Below are positions 11,358 through 21,879 of a stretch of 36,084 nt of DNA, piece after piece (the stretch's first letter is position 1; each line of letters starts with the position of its first letter). Origin of the DNA: Octopus sinensis (Eukaryota); contig NW_021832814.1 of assembly GCF_006345805.1 (NCBI RefSeq), forward strand, positions 1 through 36,084, in the 5' to 3' direction. The notes beneath the pieces are model-generated. The model was not told the origin of the DNA. It did not search any database and saw only the letters and a program-made list of their open reading frames with translations. The position numbers and the translations under genes were made by a program.

Positions 11358-11417
11358 TTCAGTGGTAGAATGCTCGCCTGCCACGCGGGCGGCCCGGGTT
11401 CGTTTCCGGCCGATGCA
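11358..11417 (+). pseudogene. 5'-truncated tRNA-Gly(GCC)
   Basis: TTCAGTGGTAGAATGCTCGCCTGCCACGCGGGCGGCCCGGGTTCGTTTCCGGCCGATGCA, anticodon GCC at 11380-11382. First ~10 nt replaced by (TA)n, B box altered, T-run terminator at 11425-11431. Confidence 0.85.
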
Positions 11418-11433
11418 CAAAGTGTTTTTTTAA

Positions 11434-11592
11434 GGAGGCGCATGGCCCAGTGGTTAGGGCAGCGACTGCGGTCGGAGGATCATGGTTTGATTCCCAGACC
11501 GGGCGTTGTGTGTGTTTATGGAGCGAAAACACCTAAAAGCTCCACGAGGCTCCGGCAGGGGATGGTGGTGATCCTGCTGTACTCTTTCACCC
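11434..11592 (+). mobile_element. SINE family D, 5' half
   Basis: GGAGGCGCATGGCCCAGTGGTTAGGGCAGCG...; inserted at TTTT/AA just after the tRNA-Gly terminator. Confidence 0.85.
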
Positions 11593-11799
11593 TCTAAAGG
11601 CGGTGCTCCAGCATGGCCGCAGTCAAATGACTGACACAAGTACAAAAAAAAAAAAAAAAAAATAAGAATATTTTATACTGAATTTATATTGAGTGCTCAA
11701 TTGCATCAAATTATTAATACTATTAAAGTATTTATATATTTAATACGAGCGATATATACATATATTTTTTAATAATATATTATTATTATTATTAATAAA

Positions 11800-12034
11800 G
11801 AAAATCAATATTCAAACTCATTGTAACGATATAGCTGTGTGAAAGAAATTATTGTATTAAAAATATATATAAATAAATAAATATATAATTTTGAATTAAT
11901 TATTTAAATAATTCAAAACTTTTAAATTATCAAATTTATTTTATACATTATATTTATTTATTTATATATATTTTTAATACAATAATTTCTTTCACACAGC
12001 TATATCGTTACAATGAGTTTGAATATTGATTTTC
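11800..12034. repeat. Perfect 86-bp inverted repeat, 63-nt AT-rich spacer
   Basis: 11800-11885 is the exact reverse complement of 11949-12034. Confidence 0.93.
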
Positions 12035-12249
12035 ATCATCATCATCATCATCATCGTTTAGCGTCCGTTTTCCATGCTGGCATGGGTTGGACGGGTCAAC
12101 TGGGGTCTGTGAAGCGGAAGGCTTCGTCAGGCCCAGTCAGATCTGGCAGTGTTTCTATGGCTGGATGCCCTTCCTAACGCCAACCACTCCGCGAGTGTAG
12201 TGGGTGTTTTTTACGTGCCACCTGCACAGGTGCCAGACAGAGCTGGCGA
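12034..12249 (-). mobile_element. RTE 3' UTR copy
   Basis: (CAT)n-CGTTTAGCGTCCG...GCTGGATGCCCTTCCTAACGCCAACC. Confidence 0.85.
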
Positions 12250-12277
12250 ATAATAATAATAATATATTATTAAAAGA

Positions 12278-12323
<46 letters not shown>

Positions 12324-12389
12324 GGGCAACAACAGGTGTGTGAACAACAAACAGGTGTATTAGTTTGAAGCTCGGGAAAGTGAAAAAGT

Positions 12390-12426
12390 CTTTTACGTTT
12401 CGAGCCTACGCTCTTCAGCAGAAAGG
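12390..12426 (-). ncRNA. Minimal hammerhead-like motif
   Basis: CTTT-CTGCTGA-A-GAGC-GTAG-GCTC-GAA-ACGT-A-AAAG. Palindromic stem III and GUA site; core position 6 is C instead of A. Confidence 0.55.
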
Positions 12427-12715
12427 AATAGGAGAAAATAAACAGAGAGAGAATAATAAAAAACTTGTGGATTTAGTGATCAAGCATGATGGGTACTTAA
12501 GTTGAGGTACCAAGTCAGTCCGGTATTATCTGCGCACCTTGAAGTAAGGTAAATAAAATTAAAATAAGTAACAGGATATCAAGTATTAGTGCGATATGAC
12601 CATTTCAAGTGCTTCCATTTAATTGAACAATACAAGTATGTAATGCTTGCATTGTTCAATTAAATGGAGCTGCTTTAAGTTGTATTGCACTTATATATAT
12701 ATAATATATATGTAG

Positions 12716-12840
12716 TGACGCTATACAACAGTGCGCGCGCGCGCAACGTCATCTTCAGTTCACGTGTGCGGGGTTGGAGCCTTCTGGAAAGGCAGAAGGG
12801 AAGTGCCCTCTCGCGCATGCGCGAAGACCGGAAGAAGGAA
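12716..12840. promoter_or_regulatory. CpG-rich housekeeping-type promoter motif cluster
   Basis: TGACG 12716; TGCGCGCGCGCGCA 12732-12745; ACGTCA 12746; E-box CACGTG 12761-12766; GGAAGTG ~12799; NRF1-type palindrome TCGCGCATGCGCGA 12811-12824; ETS ACCGGAAG 12827-12834. Non-repeat sequence. Confidence 0.6.
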
Positions 12841-13534
12841 TTGCTGATGTGGCATTAGCTGATTAGGCGAGGGAGCATTAACCTTAACCAAAGGGGTACA
12901 GAGAGACACATAGCAGTAAGCAGAACGCTTTCGATACCAGATTGTTGCAGACCGTATTTTCTTTGCTCTCTAAGGATGCCATATTTGACCAGCTCTGTTT
13001 TGCTGCTGAACTTGTAAGATTCTTACAAGCATTAAAGTTCAGCCTTGCCACATCCAGACCCAAGTGGAACCAAATATACCACTTTATTTCTTACTGTTAT
13101 AAGAAAAATAAAGAGTATATATTTTTACTGTTGCGTTTGTGTTCTTTGACTGGTAGAATCTGGAAATTAAAGGAACGGAAATTGTGAATGCACCCAAGTT
13201 GCACCCCAAAAGTACAAGAAGCAACAAATTCCCATTACATATATATACGTTTTTCAAGTGAGGGTGGATGAATGTATGCGCACGCACGTTGGTATGCGGA
13301 CACACGTGTGTAGGTATGAACTTTTTACCCCTTTACTTAGCAGTCATTCGAATAGCTCTTTTGTCTTAATAGCGGTCAATCACACACTAATTTCCCTTTG
13401 TGTAACGGTCATTTTTCATATCGTTTTTCCGATGGCCAGATAACTGAAGAGATAGTGGCATGGATTTCCACCTTGGCATCCGAAACTCGGAGTTTTATCT
13501 TGGCTACTGAATAATTGTCACATATTACATTTAC

Positions 13535-13581
<47 letters not shown>

Positions 13582-13582
<1 letters not shown>

Positions 13583-13742
13583 TGGGATGTCTGGAAAGTT
13601 CGTGCCTATTTATAGTAGCTTACCTTTCAACTTATTTTAGAAAATGGTTGAGTCCATAAAATAGGATTTGACTACACCTCCATTTAGAGCACAGTTTAAG
13701 CTATCTTTTCATGGAAGAAAGTTTATGTTCCTATAACCTGTG
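13582..13742 (+). mobile_element. Mariner 5' end fragment, same family as 3157-3720
   Basis: TA + TTGGGATGTCTGGAAAGTTCGTGCC, then the reverse complement of ~3560-3690. Confidence 0.88.
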
Positions 13743-13969
13743 TTATCTTCACAAATGTAAATAAACCCAATCTATTTCTTAAAGAAAGGACATATTCATA
13801 CGGCACAGAATGTTATTTACCTAAATGGAGGTCAGCGATTGGTTAAAATTGCCGAAATGCTCGAAATTAAAGACGAAATATCTTACAAACTATAGAATTT
13901 TCTCAATAAAGCCAAGAAAAAATGATGTTTTATAAACACATTCTACCAGTATACGAAGTTTAAAAGTGG

Positions 13970-14390
13970 GGCAATCTTTCGTCTCTAGTAGACCTTTCCG
14001 TCGATTTCCGTGAAAAAATTTTTTTTTTTTACATATGGGCTTGCGGGAACTTTTGAAGTAATGAGAGCGAAAGAGACTAAGAGAAAGCGATTGTATGATG
14101 AGGAAAGTTCTTTTGAAGTTACCCTGCATGTGAAGCATTGATGTACATGTGTGTGTGTGTGTTTGATGGGGTGTGGGAGACAGACAGTATGTTGTGTAAG
14201 TGAAGTGCTTCTGTTAGTGTGTGTGAAGAGACAGAGTAATGTGTGAAAGAGAGAGATAACTGGAATTTTTTACTCGGTGTATGTGTATATGTATGTATAT
14301 TACTTCAAAAGTTCCCGCAAGCCCATGTGTAAAAAAAAAAATTTTTTTACGGAAATCGACGGAAAGGTCTACTAGAGACGAAAGATCGCC
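13970..14390. mobile_element. Mutator-like MITE with ~92-bp TIRs
   Basis: TIRs 13970-14062 and 14298-14390 (GGCAATCTTTCGTCTCTAGTAGACC...); flanked by TAAAAGTGG / TAAAAGTGT (9-bp TSD, one mismatch). Confidence 0.8.
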
Positions 14391-14459
14391 TAAAAGTGTT
14401 TAGTTGACTAGTAATTGTGTTGAAAAGTGCCGTTCAAAAGGAAAAGATCCCAGTCCGCC

Positions 14460-14930
14460 ACTGCATATACACACATACGCCCAAATACGCACACACAGGC
14501 GTGCGCCCAAAAGCACGCACAAACACACACGGTATGTGCCCCATAGGCATACATACACGCATCACTAACTACACACACATTCGCATTCTAACACGCGTGC
14601 TGACAGACACACACACACATAGAAAACACATACGAACACGCATAGCAACACACATAATCGAACTTACACACACACCTAGACAAAACCCGCACACACACAC
14701 GCAAACATACTACACACATACACATACACATATACAGGAACAAGCCACACACAGATACAGATACAAACACGCCATAAACACATATATCCAAATACACAAA
14801 CAACTATATATCAACACACAAATACCATTCAGACACACACACACACACGCACGCACGCACGCACGCACCACAGGCACACACACACACACCACACACACAC
14901 CACACACACACACCTCACACACCTCACGAA
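14460..14930. repeat. Degenerate (CA)n tract
   Basis: Low complexity. Confidence 0.9.
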
Positions 14931-15347
14931 CGGCGTCATAAAGGAAAGCCAATTAATTATGATCAAAGGGGAATAATTCCCGATGACCTCGAAACAATTA
15001 TCCTTCAGAAGACCGCCTCAGCTGTAGCCTTGGCTGGTCACCACCAACTCTCCTTTATTCGGCCTCACAACTACTTCATTTGGTATGCCCTTCATTTTAT
15101 AAGACTAAAAGAGGTTTAACTGCTATCTCTAGCTGTCTTGCGACTCCTTTGATTGCATAACGTTATTTTTATCTCTACTATCTACACATAAGCAAGCTAC
15201 TCCTAGCGCTAGCTATTCGTAAGTAGTCGATCCTACAACGACTTACATATCAAAGAAAATTAAATATCTTCCGAACAGAGTAAATAAAACGCAAAGTAAA
15301 TAATTTTTAAAACTAAACAAATAAATAATTTATTTTTATAAACAAAC

Positions 15348-15412
15348 TAAGGTTAGGGTTATGGTTAAAAAATTAGGTTTAGGGTTAAAAAATTAGGGTT
15401 AGGGTTAAAAAA
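15348..15412 (+). repeat. Interstitial TTAGGG-containing tract with 20-bp period
   Basis: About three copies of AATTAGGGTTAGGGTTAAAA. Confidence 0.8.
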
Positions 15413-15746
15413 TCATCGTTTAACGCCCGCTTTTCATGCTGGCATGGGTTCAACGATTTGACTAAGGGCTGGCGAACCAGATGGCTACACCAGGTTCCAA
15501 TCTGATCTGGCAGAGTTTCTACAGCTGGATGCCCTTCCTAATGCCAACCACTCTGAGAGTGTAGAAGGTGCTTTTACATGCCACCGGCATGGGACCAGTC
15601 AGACAGTACTGGCAACGGCCACGCTCAAATGGTGCTTTTTACATGCCACCTGCACAGGAGACAGTCCAACGGGCACTGGCAAACAACCTCGCTTGAATGT
15701 TTTTCACATGCCAGTAAGGTGACGCTGGTAACGATCCCTAGCACCC

Positions 15747-15760
<14 letters not shown>
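15413..15760 (-). mobile_element. RTE 3' UTR copy
   Basis: Same motifs; its tail abuts the TTAGGG tract. Confidence 0.85.
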
Positions 15761-15788
<28 letters not shown>

Positions 15789-16349
15789 ACATATATATTA
15801 TATATATATATATATTCATTCGCCATGATAGATCACTAGCCATTACACATTCTTTATTATCTCTCCTTGTTTCTTTCTGTGGAAGAGCGGAGGCGACACA
15901 GGTAATGATCACGCTCAAGTGGTGCTTTTTACATGCCATTCATATATAAATATATATGTACATATATTTTTTGGACTAATGGGTGTATGTCAGTTAGTGT
16001 GTTGGTGTGTTGAGCAAAGCACTACCATGGTTTAGGCTACCTAGTGTCATTCGCAGTTGGGGGTATATTTCCATTGCAGTGTTAGTTGAGGTAATTTTTC
16101 CTACTATAGGCACAAGGCCTGAAACTTTGGAGGAGGGGATGAGGCAATTACATCGACCCCAGTACTCAACTGGTACTTAATTTATCAACCCCAAAAGCAA
16201 AGTTGACTTCAGTGGAATTTGAACTCAGACTGTAGTGATAGGCAAAATATTGCTAAGCATTTTATCCAGCATGTTAACAATTCTGCCAGCTCACTGCCCT
16301 GGCATTAGTTGAGATGATAATTGATTAATGAAACAGAAGTGGGCAAAAA

Positions 16350-17480
16350 GATGCAGGAGTGGCTGTGTGGTAAGAAGCTTCCTTCCCAACCACATGTTTC
16401 TGGGTTCAGTCCCACTATGTGGCACCTTGGGCAAGTGTCTTCTACTCTAATCTTGGACCAACTAAAGCCTTGTGAGGGGATTTGGTTGATAGAAACTGAA
16501 AGCCCATCATATATATATATAATACGTACATATATGTATATATATATATATATATTGGCACCTTGTCAGTGGGCCATAAAAACAACAACCAGCCGAGCGT
16601 GGCCGTCTGCCAGCCCGTCGTCTGGCACCTGTGTCGTGGGCACTAAAATCACCCCACTACACTCTCGGAGTGGTTGGCGTTAGGAAGGGCATCAGCTATA
16701 GAAACACTGCCAGATCCGACTGGCCTGGTGCAGCCTTCGGGCTCCCCAGACCCCAGTTGAACCGTCCAACCCATGCTAGCATGGAAAGCGGACGTTAAAC
16801 GATGATGATGATGATGATGATATATATATATATATATATAACACATACATACATACATACAGGAGTGGATGTGTGCTAAGAAGCTTGCTTCCCAAACATA
16901 TAGTTCTGGATTCAGTCCCACTGCATGGCACCTTGGGCAAGTATCTTCCCCAATAGCCTCAGACCGACAAAAAACCTTGTGAGTGGTTTTAGTAGATGGA
17001 AACTGAAAGAAGCCTGTCATTTGTGTGTGTGTGTGTCTGTCACTCCACCATTGCTTGACAACCAATGTTGGTGTGTTTATATCCCCATAACCTAGTGGTT
17101 CAGCAAAAGGTACTGATAGACTGATAGGCTGACAAAGAATAAGTCTTAGGGTCGATTTGTTCAACTAAAGCCTGTGCTCCAGCATGACTGAAACAAGTAA
17201 AAGAAAAAAGTGTAAAAGAACACACACACAAACACACGCATAAGTATATAGACATATAAACCTCTGTGTGTGTGACTTTGTGTCTGCGTTTGTCCCCCAC
17301 CACTGCTTGACAACTGGTGTTGTGTTTATGTCTCTGCAACTTAGCAGTTCAGCAATCATGACCAATAAAATACATACCAAGCTTAAAAGAAAAGCACATA
17401 CTGGGGTCGATTCATTCAACCAAGGTGGTACCCCAGCATGGCTGCAGTCTAATGACTGAAGCAGGTAAATGATAAAAGAT
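16350..17480 (+). mobile_element. Cluster of diverged SINE A pieces (interrupted by the RTE tail at 16557-16820)
   Basis: Heads at ~16350 and ~16860; 3' halves at ~17020-17220 and ~17250-17480. Confidence 0.75.
16557..16820 (+). mobile_element. RTE 3' UTR copy
   Basis: GTGGTTGGCGTTAGGAAGGGCATC...(GAT)n. Confidence 0.85.
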
Positions 17481-17549
17481 ATATATATATATATAGGGAT
17501 AATTGTATGTGTTTGTGTGTGAGCGTGTGTATACATATATATATATATA

Positions 17550-18002
17550 TCATCATCATCATCGTTTAACGTCCACTTTCCATGCTGACATGGGTTGGAC
17601 GGTTTGACTGAGGACTGGCAAACCAGGAGGCTGCACCAGGCTCCACGCTGATCTGGCAATGTTTCTGGCAGCTGGATGCTCTACCTAACGCCAACGACTC
17701 TGCCACTAGTGGGTGCTTTTTACGTGCTCAGGCACAGGAGCCAGTCAGAGGCAGGGGGGCTGGCATTGATCACGTTCAGGATGGTGCTTTTTACATGCCA
17801 CCGGCATGTGGAGCTAGACAGGCAGCCCTGGCAATGACCCACGGTGACATGCAATAAGTACCATTCGGTGCTTATTGCATGCCACCAGCATGGGAGCCGG
17901 TCAGGCGGCACTGGCATCAGCCACAACTACAATTTCCATTTGATTGTGGTTTGATGTTGATGTTGATGTTGATGTCCTTGACTCAATAGGTCTCTTCAAG
18001 CA
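17550..18002 (-). mobile_element. RTE 3' UTR copy
   Basis: Collinear with 19918-20240. Confidence 0.85.
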
Positions 18003-18029
18003 AAAAAAACAAATCAAAAGTAAATTATT

Positions 18030-18690
18030 ATATATAGAGCTCAGATGCACTACAACTCATCAAAGGTGCATTATGAACAGAGGTCAGGAAAGTGAACAGT
18101 GTATGAGTCATGATATAGATGTGTGCATGCATATGGAGGTGGGTAGGATATCAGGTGTAGTGATGGGGAATTTCAGGAAGCATGGAGGTTTTAAAAGATG
18201 AAATGTCTCAGCAACTAACAACCGATGCAGGCAGTTTGTTCCATGCTTCAGCAATTCTAAGTGTGAAAAAATGTTTCCAAAAGTCATGGGAGCTGTGCTG
18301 TTTTCTCACTTTGTAGGCATGCCCACATGTGTTAGACACATGGAGCACAAAAAGGTGCTCAAGGTGGTTGTTAGCAACATGGTTAATAATTTTGTGGGTG
18401 TTTACTAAGTCAGTTGCCAGACATCGGAGCTTCAATATATCTCTGCCCAGGGAAACATGGCATTCAGGGTATAGTAGATGCCTGATGGAGGGTATTTGCT
18501 TCATTGCACATCCCTGAACAGTTTCCAGGAGGTCAATGTCCTGAGCAAGATAGGGGTTCCAGACTGGTGATGCAAATTCCAAGTGTGACCACACCATAGC
18601 CATATACAGCCTTAAATAGAGAGCTGGAGAGCAGCTTGACAGAGGTCTTGCTGAGTGATGCCAAGACAACCTTGGCCTTCTTGACAATTT
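18030..18690 (-). mobile_element. CR1/L2-group LINE 3' fragment
   Basis: ORF 18208-18693: LYMAMVWSHLEFASPVWNPYLAQDIDLLETVQ...TCGHAYKVRK...FFTLRIAEAWNKLPASVV, the conserved CR1-type post-RT C-terminus. Confidence 0.9.
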
Positions 18691-18845
18691 CATATATATA
18701 ATATATATAAGTTCATGAAAAAATTTTAATTACTACCATGTTTCTGTTGATGAAACTTGTTTACCTACTTACCCTTTTGTGATGTTGGTTAATGGAATAA
18801 CTATAAAAATGAATCTTTTAAATTTAAATAAAATTCTATATTTTT

Positions 18846-18935
18846 ATGCAGCTGAAGATTGCTTTACATTTTAAAACTGATGCAATATTTGCATTGTTCA
18901 ATTAAATGGAGTTGCATGAAACGATCGTACTGCAT
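18846..18935 (+). ncRNA. Type I hammerhead-like motif
   Basis: ATGCAG-CTGAAGA-T-TGC-(long loop)-GCA-T-GAA-ACGATCGT-A-CTGCAT. 6-bp stem I, canonical core, palindromic stem III; base of stem II is U-U. Confidence 0.65.
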
Positions 18936-18967
18936 TACCTTTGGATATCCTTGTTGCTTATTTTGAT

Positions 18968-18999
<32 letters not shown>

Positions 19000-19231
19000 C
19001 AATTGGTATAAAATTTTAACACAAACCCAGCAGGTTTAGGGGGCAAGGGGTTAGGCCAACTACATTTACTCCAGATCTCAACTGGTATTTATTTTATCAA
19101 CCCCAAAAGGATGAAAGGCAAACTCGACCTTGGTGGAATTTGAACTCAGAATATAAAGGTGGATGAAAGGCCACTAAATATTTTTACCTGGCATGCTAAC
19201 GATTCTACCAGCTCACCACCTTATATATATA

Positions 19232-19242
19232 TATATATATAT

Positions 19243-19334
<92 letters not shown>

Positions 19335-19335
19335 G
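19232..19335. repeat. (AAT)n microsatellite
   Basis: About 100 bp of AAT with one interruption. Confidence 0.95.
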
Positions 19336-19608
19336 GGTAAAATTAATTAATTAATTAATAATTAATAATTCCACCAAGTAGTGATTCGGTATGTAAAAGA
19401 CCATTATCGGTAAACTTAAACAATATTTATTATAATAAGGGTTAGGCAAAAGAATTTGCTTCACCACACACCGAATTTCAGAAATAGCAGCCAAAAAAAA
19501 ACTAGGCATTTCTTCTACTGTAAGAAACAACTCCCAGACAATATATGCTCAAAAACATATCACGTAGGCAGAGAAAGAAATCAACGAAATTCACCTGGCA
19601 TTAGATTA

Positions 19609-19703
19609 ACTGTGAATGCGTTTCGAAAATAGATCGATATGAAAAATGCAAGAATCACACTTCCATTCTGATCCCTTTTCTCATCAGCACAGTATTTCCA
19701 TAT
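19609..19703 (-). ncRNA. Type I hammerhead-like motif with pseudoknot
   Basis: ACTGTG-CTGATGA-GAAAA-G-GGATC-(loop)-GATCT-A-TTTTC-GAA-ACGCAT-T-CACAGT. 5' extension ATATGGAAA can pair with loop TTTTCATAT. Confidence 0.75.
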
Positions 19704-19917
19704 ATTCTAAATTTGGTAGCACTGAAAGAACTGGACATATTTATCTGATTCCAGTAACATCAGACAAATTATATCCATGACCAGTACCGCCAAATTCAAA
19801 ACATGCTAATGAGGTCCTGCAACCCTCCCCCGTCCACCCACGTGTGTTGTCGAGCAAAAATTCTACAGAAGAAAACTTCAGTTTATTATCAGGGAGAGAA
19901 TTATTTTGTATATATAT

Positions 19918-21265
19918 CATCATCATCATTGTTTAGCATCCACTTTCCATGCTGGCATGGGTTGGACAGTTTGAGTGAGGACTGGTGAGCCAGAGGCTGT
20001 ACCAGGCTCCAATCTGATCTGGCAAGGTTTCTACAGCTGGATGTTCTTCCTAACACTAACCACTCTGCAAGTGTAGTGGCTGCTGTTTATGTGCTACCAA
20101 CATGAGGGCCAGTCAGGTTACACTGGCAATAACCATACTCAAATGGTGCTTTTTATGTGCCACCAGCAAAGGAGCCAATCAGGAGGTAATGGCATCAGCC
20201 ACAACAATGACATCACTTGACTCAACAGGTCTTCACAAGCACAGTTTATTGCCCAATGATTGAAGGGTACTTTTAAACAGGCCAGTTATGCAACACTGGC
20301 ATAGGCCACGGTTATGATCTCACTTTACTTGCCTGGTCTTCTCAAGCACAGCATATCTTCAAAGGTCTCAGTTGCTTGTCATCACTTCCATGAGACCCAA
20401 CATTCGTAGGTCATGCTTCACCACCTCATCCCAAGTCTTCCTGGGCATATGTCTTCCACAGGTTCCCTCTACTGCTAGGATGCAACACTTCTTCTCACAG
20501 TTCTCCTCATCCATCCGTAGTACATGACCATACCAGCACAGTCGCTCTCTTGCACACCACATCTGATGCTTCTTAGGTCCAACTTTTCTCTCAAGGCACT
20601 TACACTCTGTCGAGTATGCACACTGACATTACACATCCAGCAGAGCATACTGGCTTCATTTCTTGCAAGCTTATGCATGTCCTCAGCAGCCATGGCCCAT
20701 GTTTCACTACCGTGTAGCATGGCTGTTCGCACACGTGTCATACAGTCTATCTTTTACTCTGAGCAAGAGGCCCTTTGTTACCAGCAGAGGTAGGAGCTCT
20801 CTGAACTTTGCTCAAGCTATTCTTATTCTAGCAGCTACACTCTCAGAGCATCCACTCCTGCTACCGACTTGGTCACCTAGTTAATGGAAGCTATCAACTA
20901 CTTCTAGTTTTTCCCCCTGGCATGTGACAGAAACTGTTTTCTGTACATTTTCAGTGTTTATTGCCCCTGAGCATTTATCCAACATAAAACCTATCTTCTC
21001 AGTTAGCCTTCCTTTGATATTGCTGCATCTCTTAAGTGGCCATAGCTTACACAAGGTACATCTTATGCAGTTTCTACCTACGCCTTTTCTACAGATTGAG
21101 CAGGGCCATCTACCTGAAGAGGTTTGCCTTCCTACTTACTAGGACTTTGGTTTTTGCCAGATTGACTCCAAGGCCCTTCGATTCTAGACTTTATTTCTAT
21201 ACCTGAAGCTTCTCCTCCAGTTCTGATAGTGACTTAGCTATTAGAACAAGGTCATCAGCATAGAG
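19918..21265 (-). mobile_element. 5'-truncated RTE-clade LINE with 3' UTR and (ATG)n tail
   Basis: Minus strand reads LYADDLVLIA...GVNLAKTKVL...WPCSICRKGVG...RTAMLHGSETW...RLCWYGHVLRMDE...PRKTWDEVVKHDL with stops and frameshifts, then a 3' UTR ending TGATGATGATG. Confidence 0.93.
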
Positions 21266-21267
21266 AA

Positions 21268-21271
21268 TATA

Positions 21272-21322
<51 letters not shown>

Positions 21323-21601
21323 TACGTGTGTATACATGTGTGTGTGTGTATGTATATTTATGTATGTGTGTCTGTGTATGTATACATATATGTGTGTGTG
21401 TATATGCATGTATATATGTGTGTGTAAGTATTATATATATATATAATCGAACGATAGATAGATAGACAGACAGACAGATAGATAGATAGACAGATAGATA
21501 TACAGACAGACAGATAGATAGATAGACAGACAGACATATAGATAGATAGACAGACAGATAGATATACAGACAGACAGATAGATAGATAGACAGACAGACA
21601 T

Positions 21602-21633
<32 letters not shown>

Positions 21634-21737
21634 GCAGGCAGGCAGGCAGACAGACAGATAGATAGATAGAAAGAAAGATAGATAGATAGACAGATATAGA
21701 TAGATAGATAGAAAGATAGATAGACAGATATAGATAT

Positions 21738-21818
<81 letters not shown>

Positions 21819-21820
21819 TC
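21268..21820. repeat. Compound (TA)n/(TG)n/(GATA-GACA)n microsatellite
   Basis: Low complexity; produces ORF 21255-21842. Confidence 0.95.
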
Positions 21821-21879
21821 TGCCTAGATTCATAAATTCCAATTACTTGTTAGAATATTGTTTGGCCCACCGCCGCCGC

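Noticed and set aside
12942-13187. 81-aa ORF downstream of the promoter-like island
   Set aside because: Starts at TTG, has no recognisable homology and no supporting exon structure.
14970-15000. CCGATGA-CCTC-GAAAC flanked by ATAATT/AATTAT
   Set aside because: No stem II or stem III and the core is altered.
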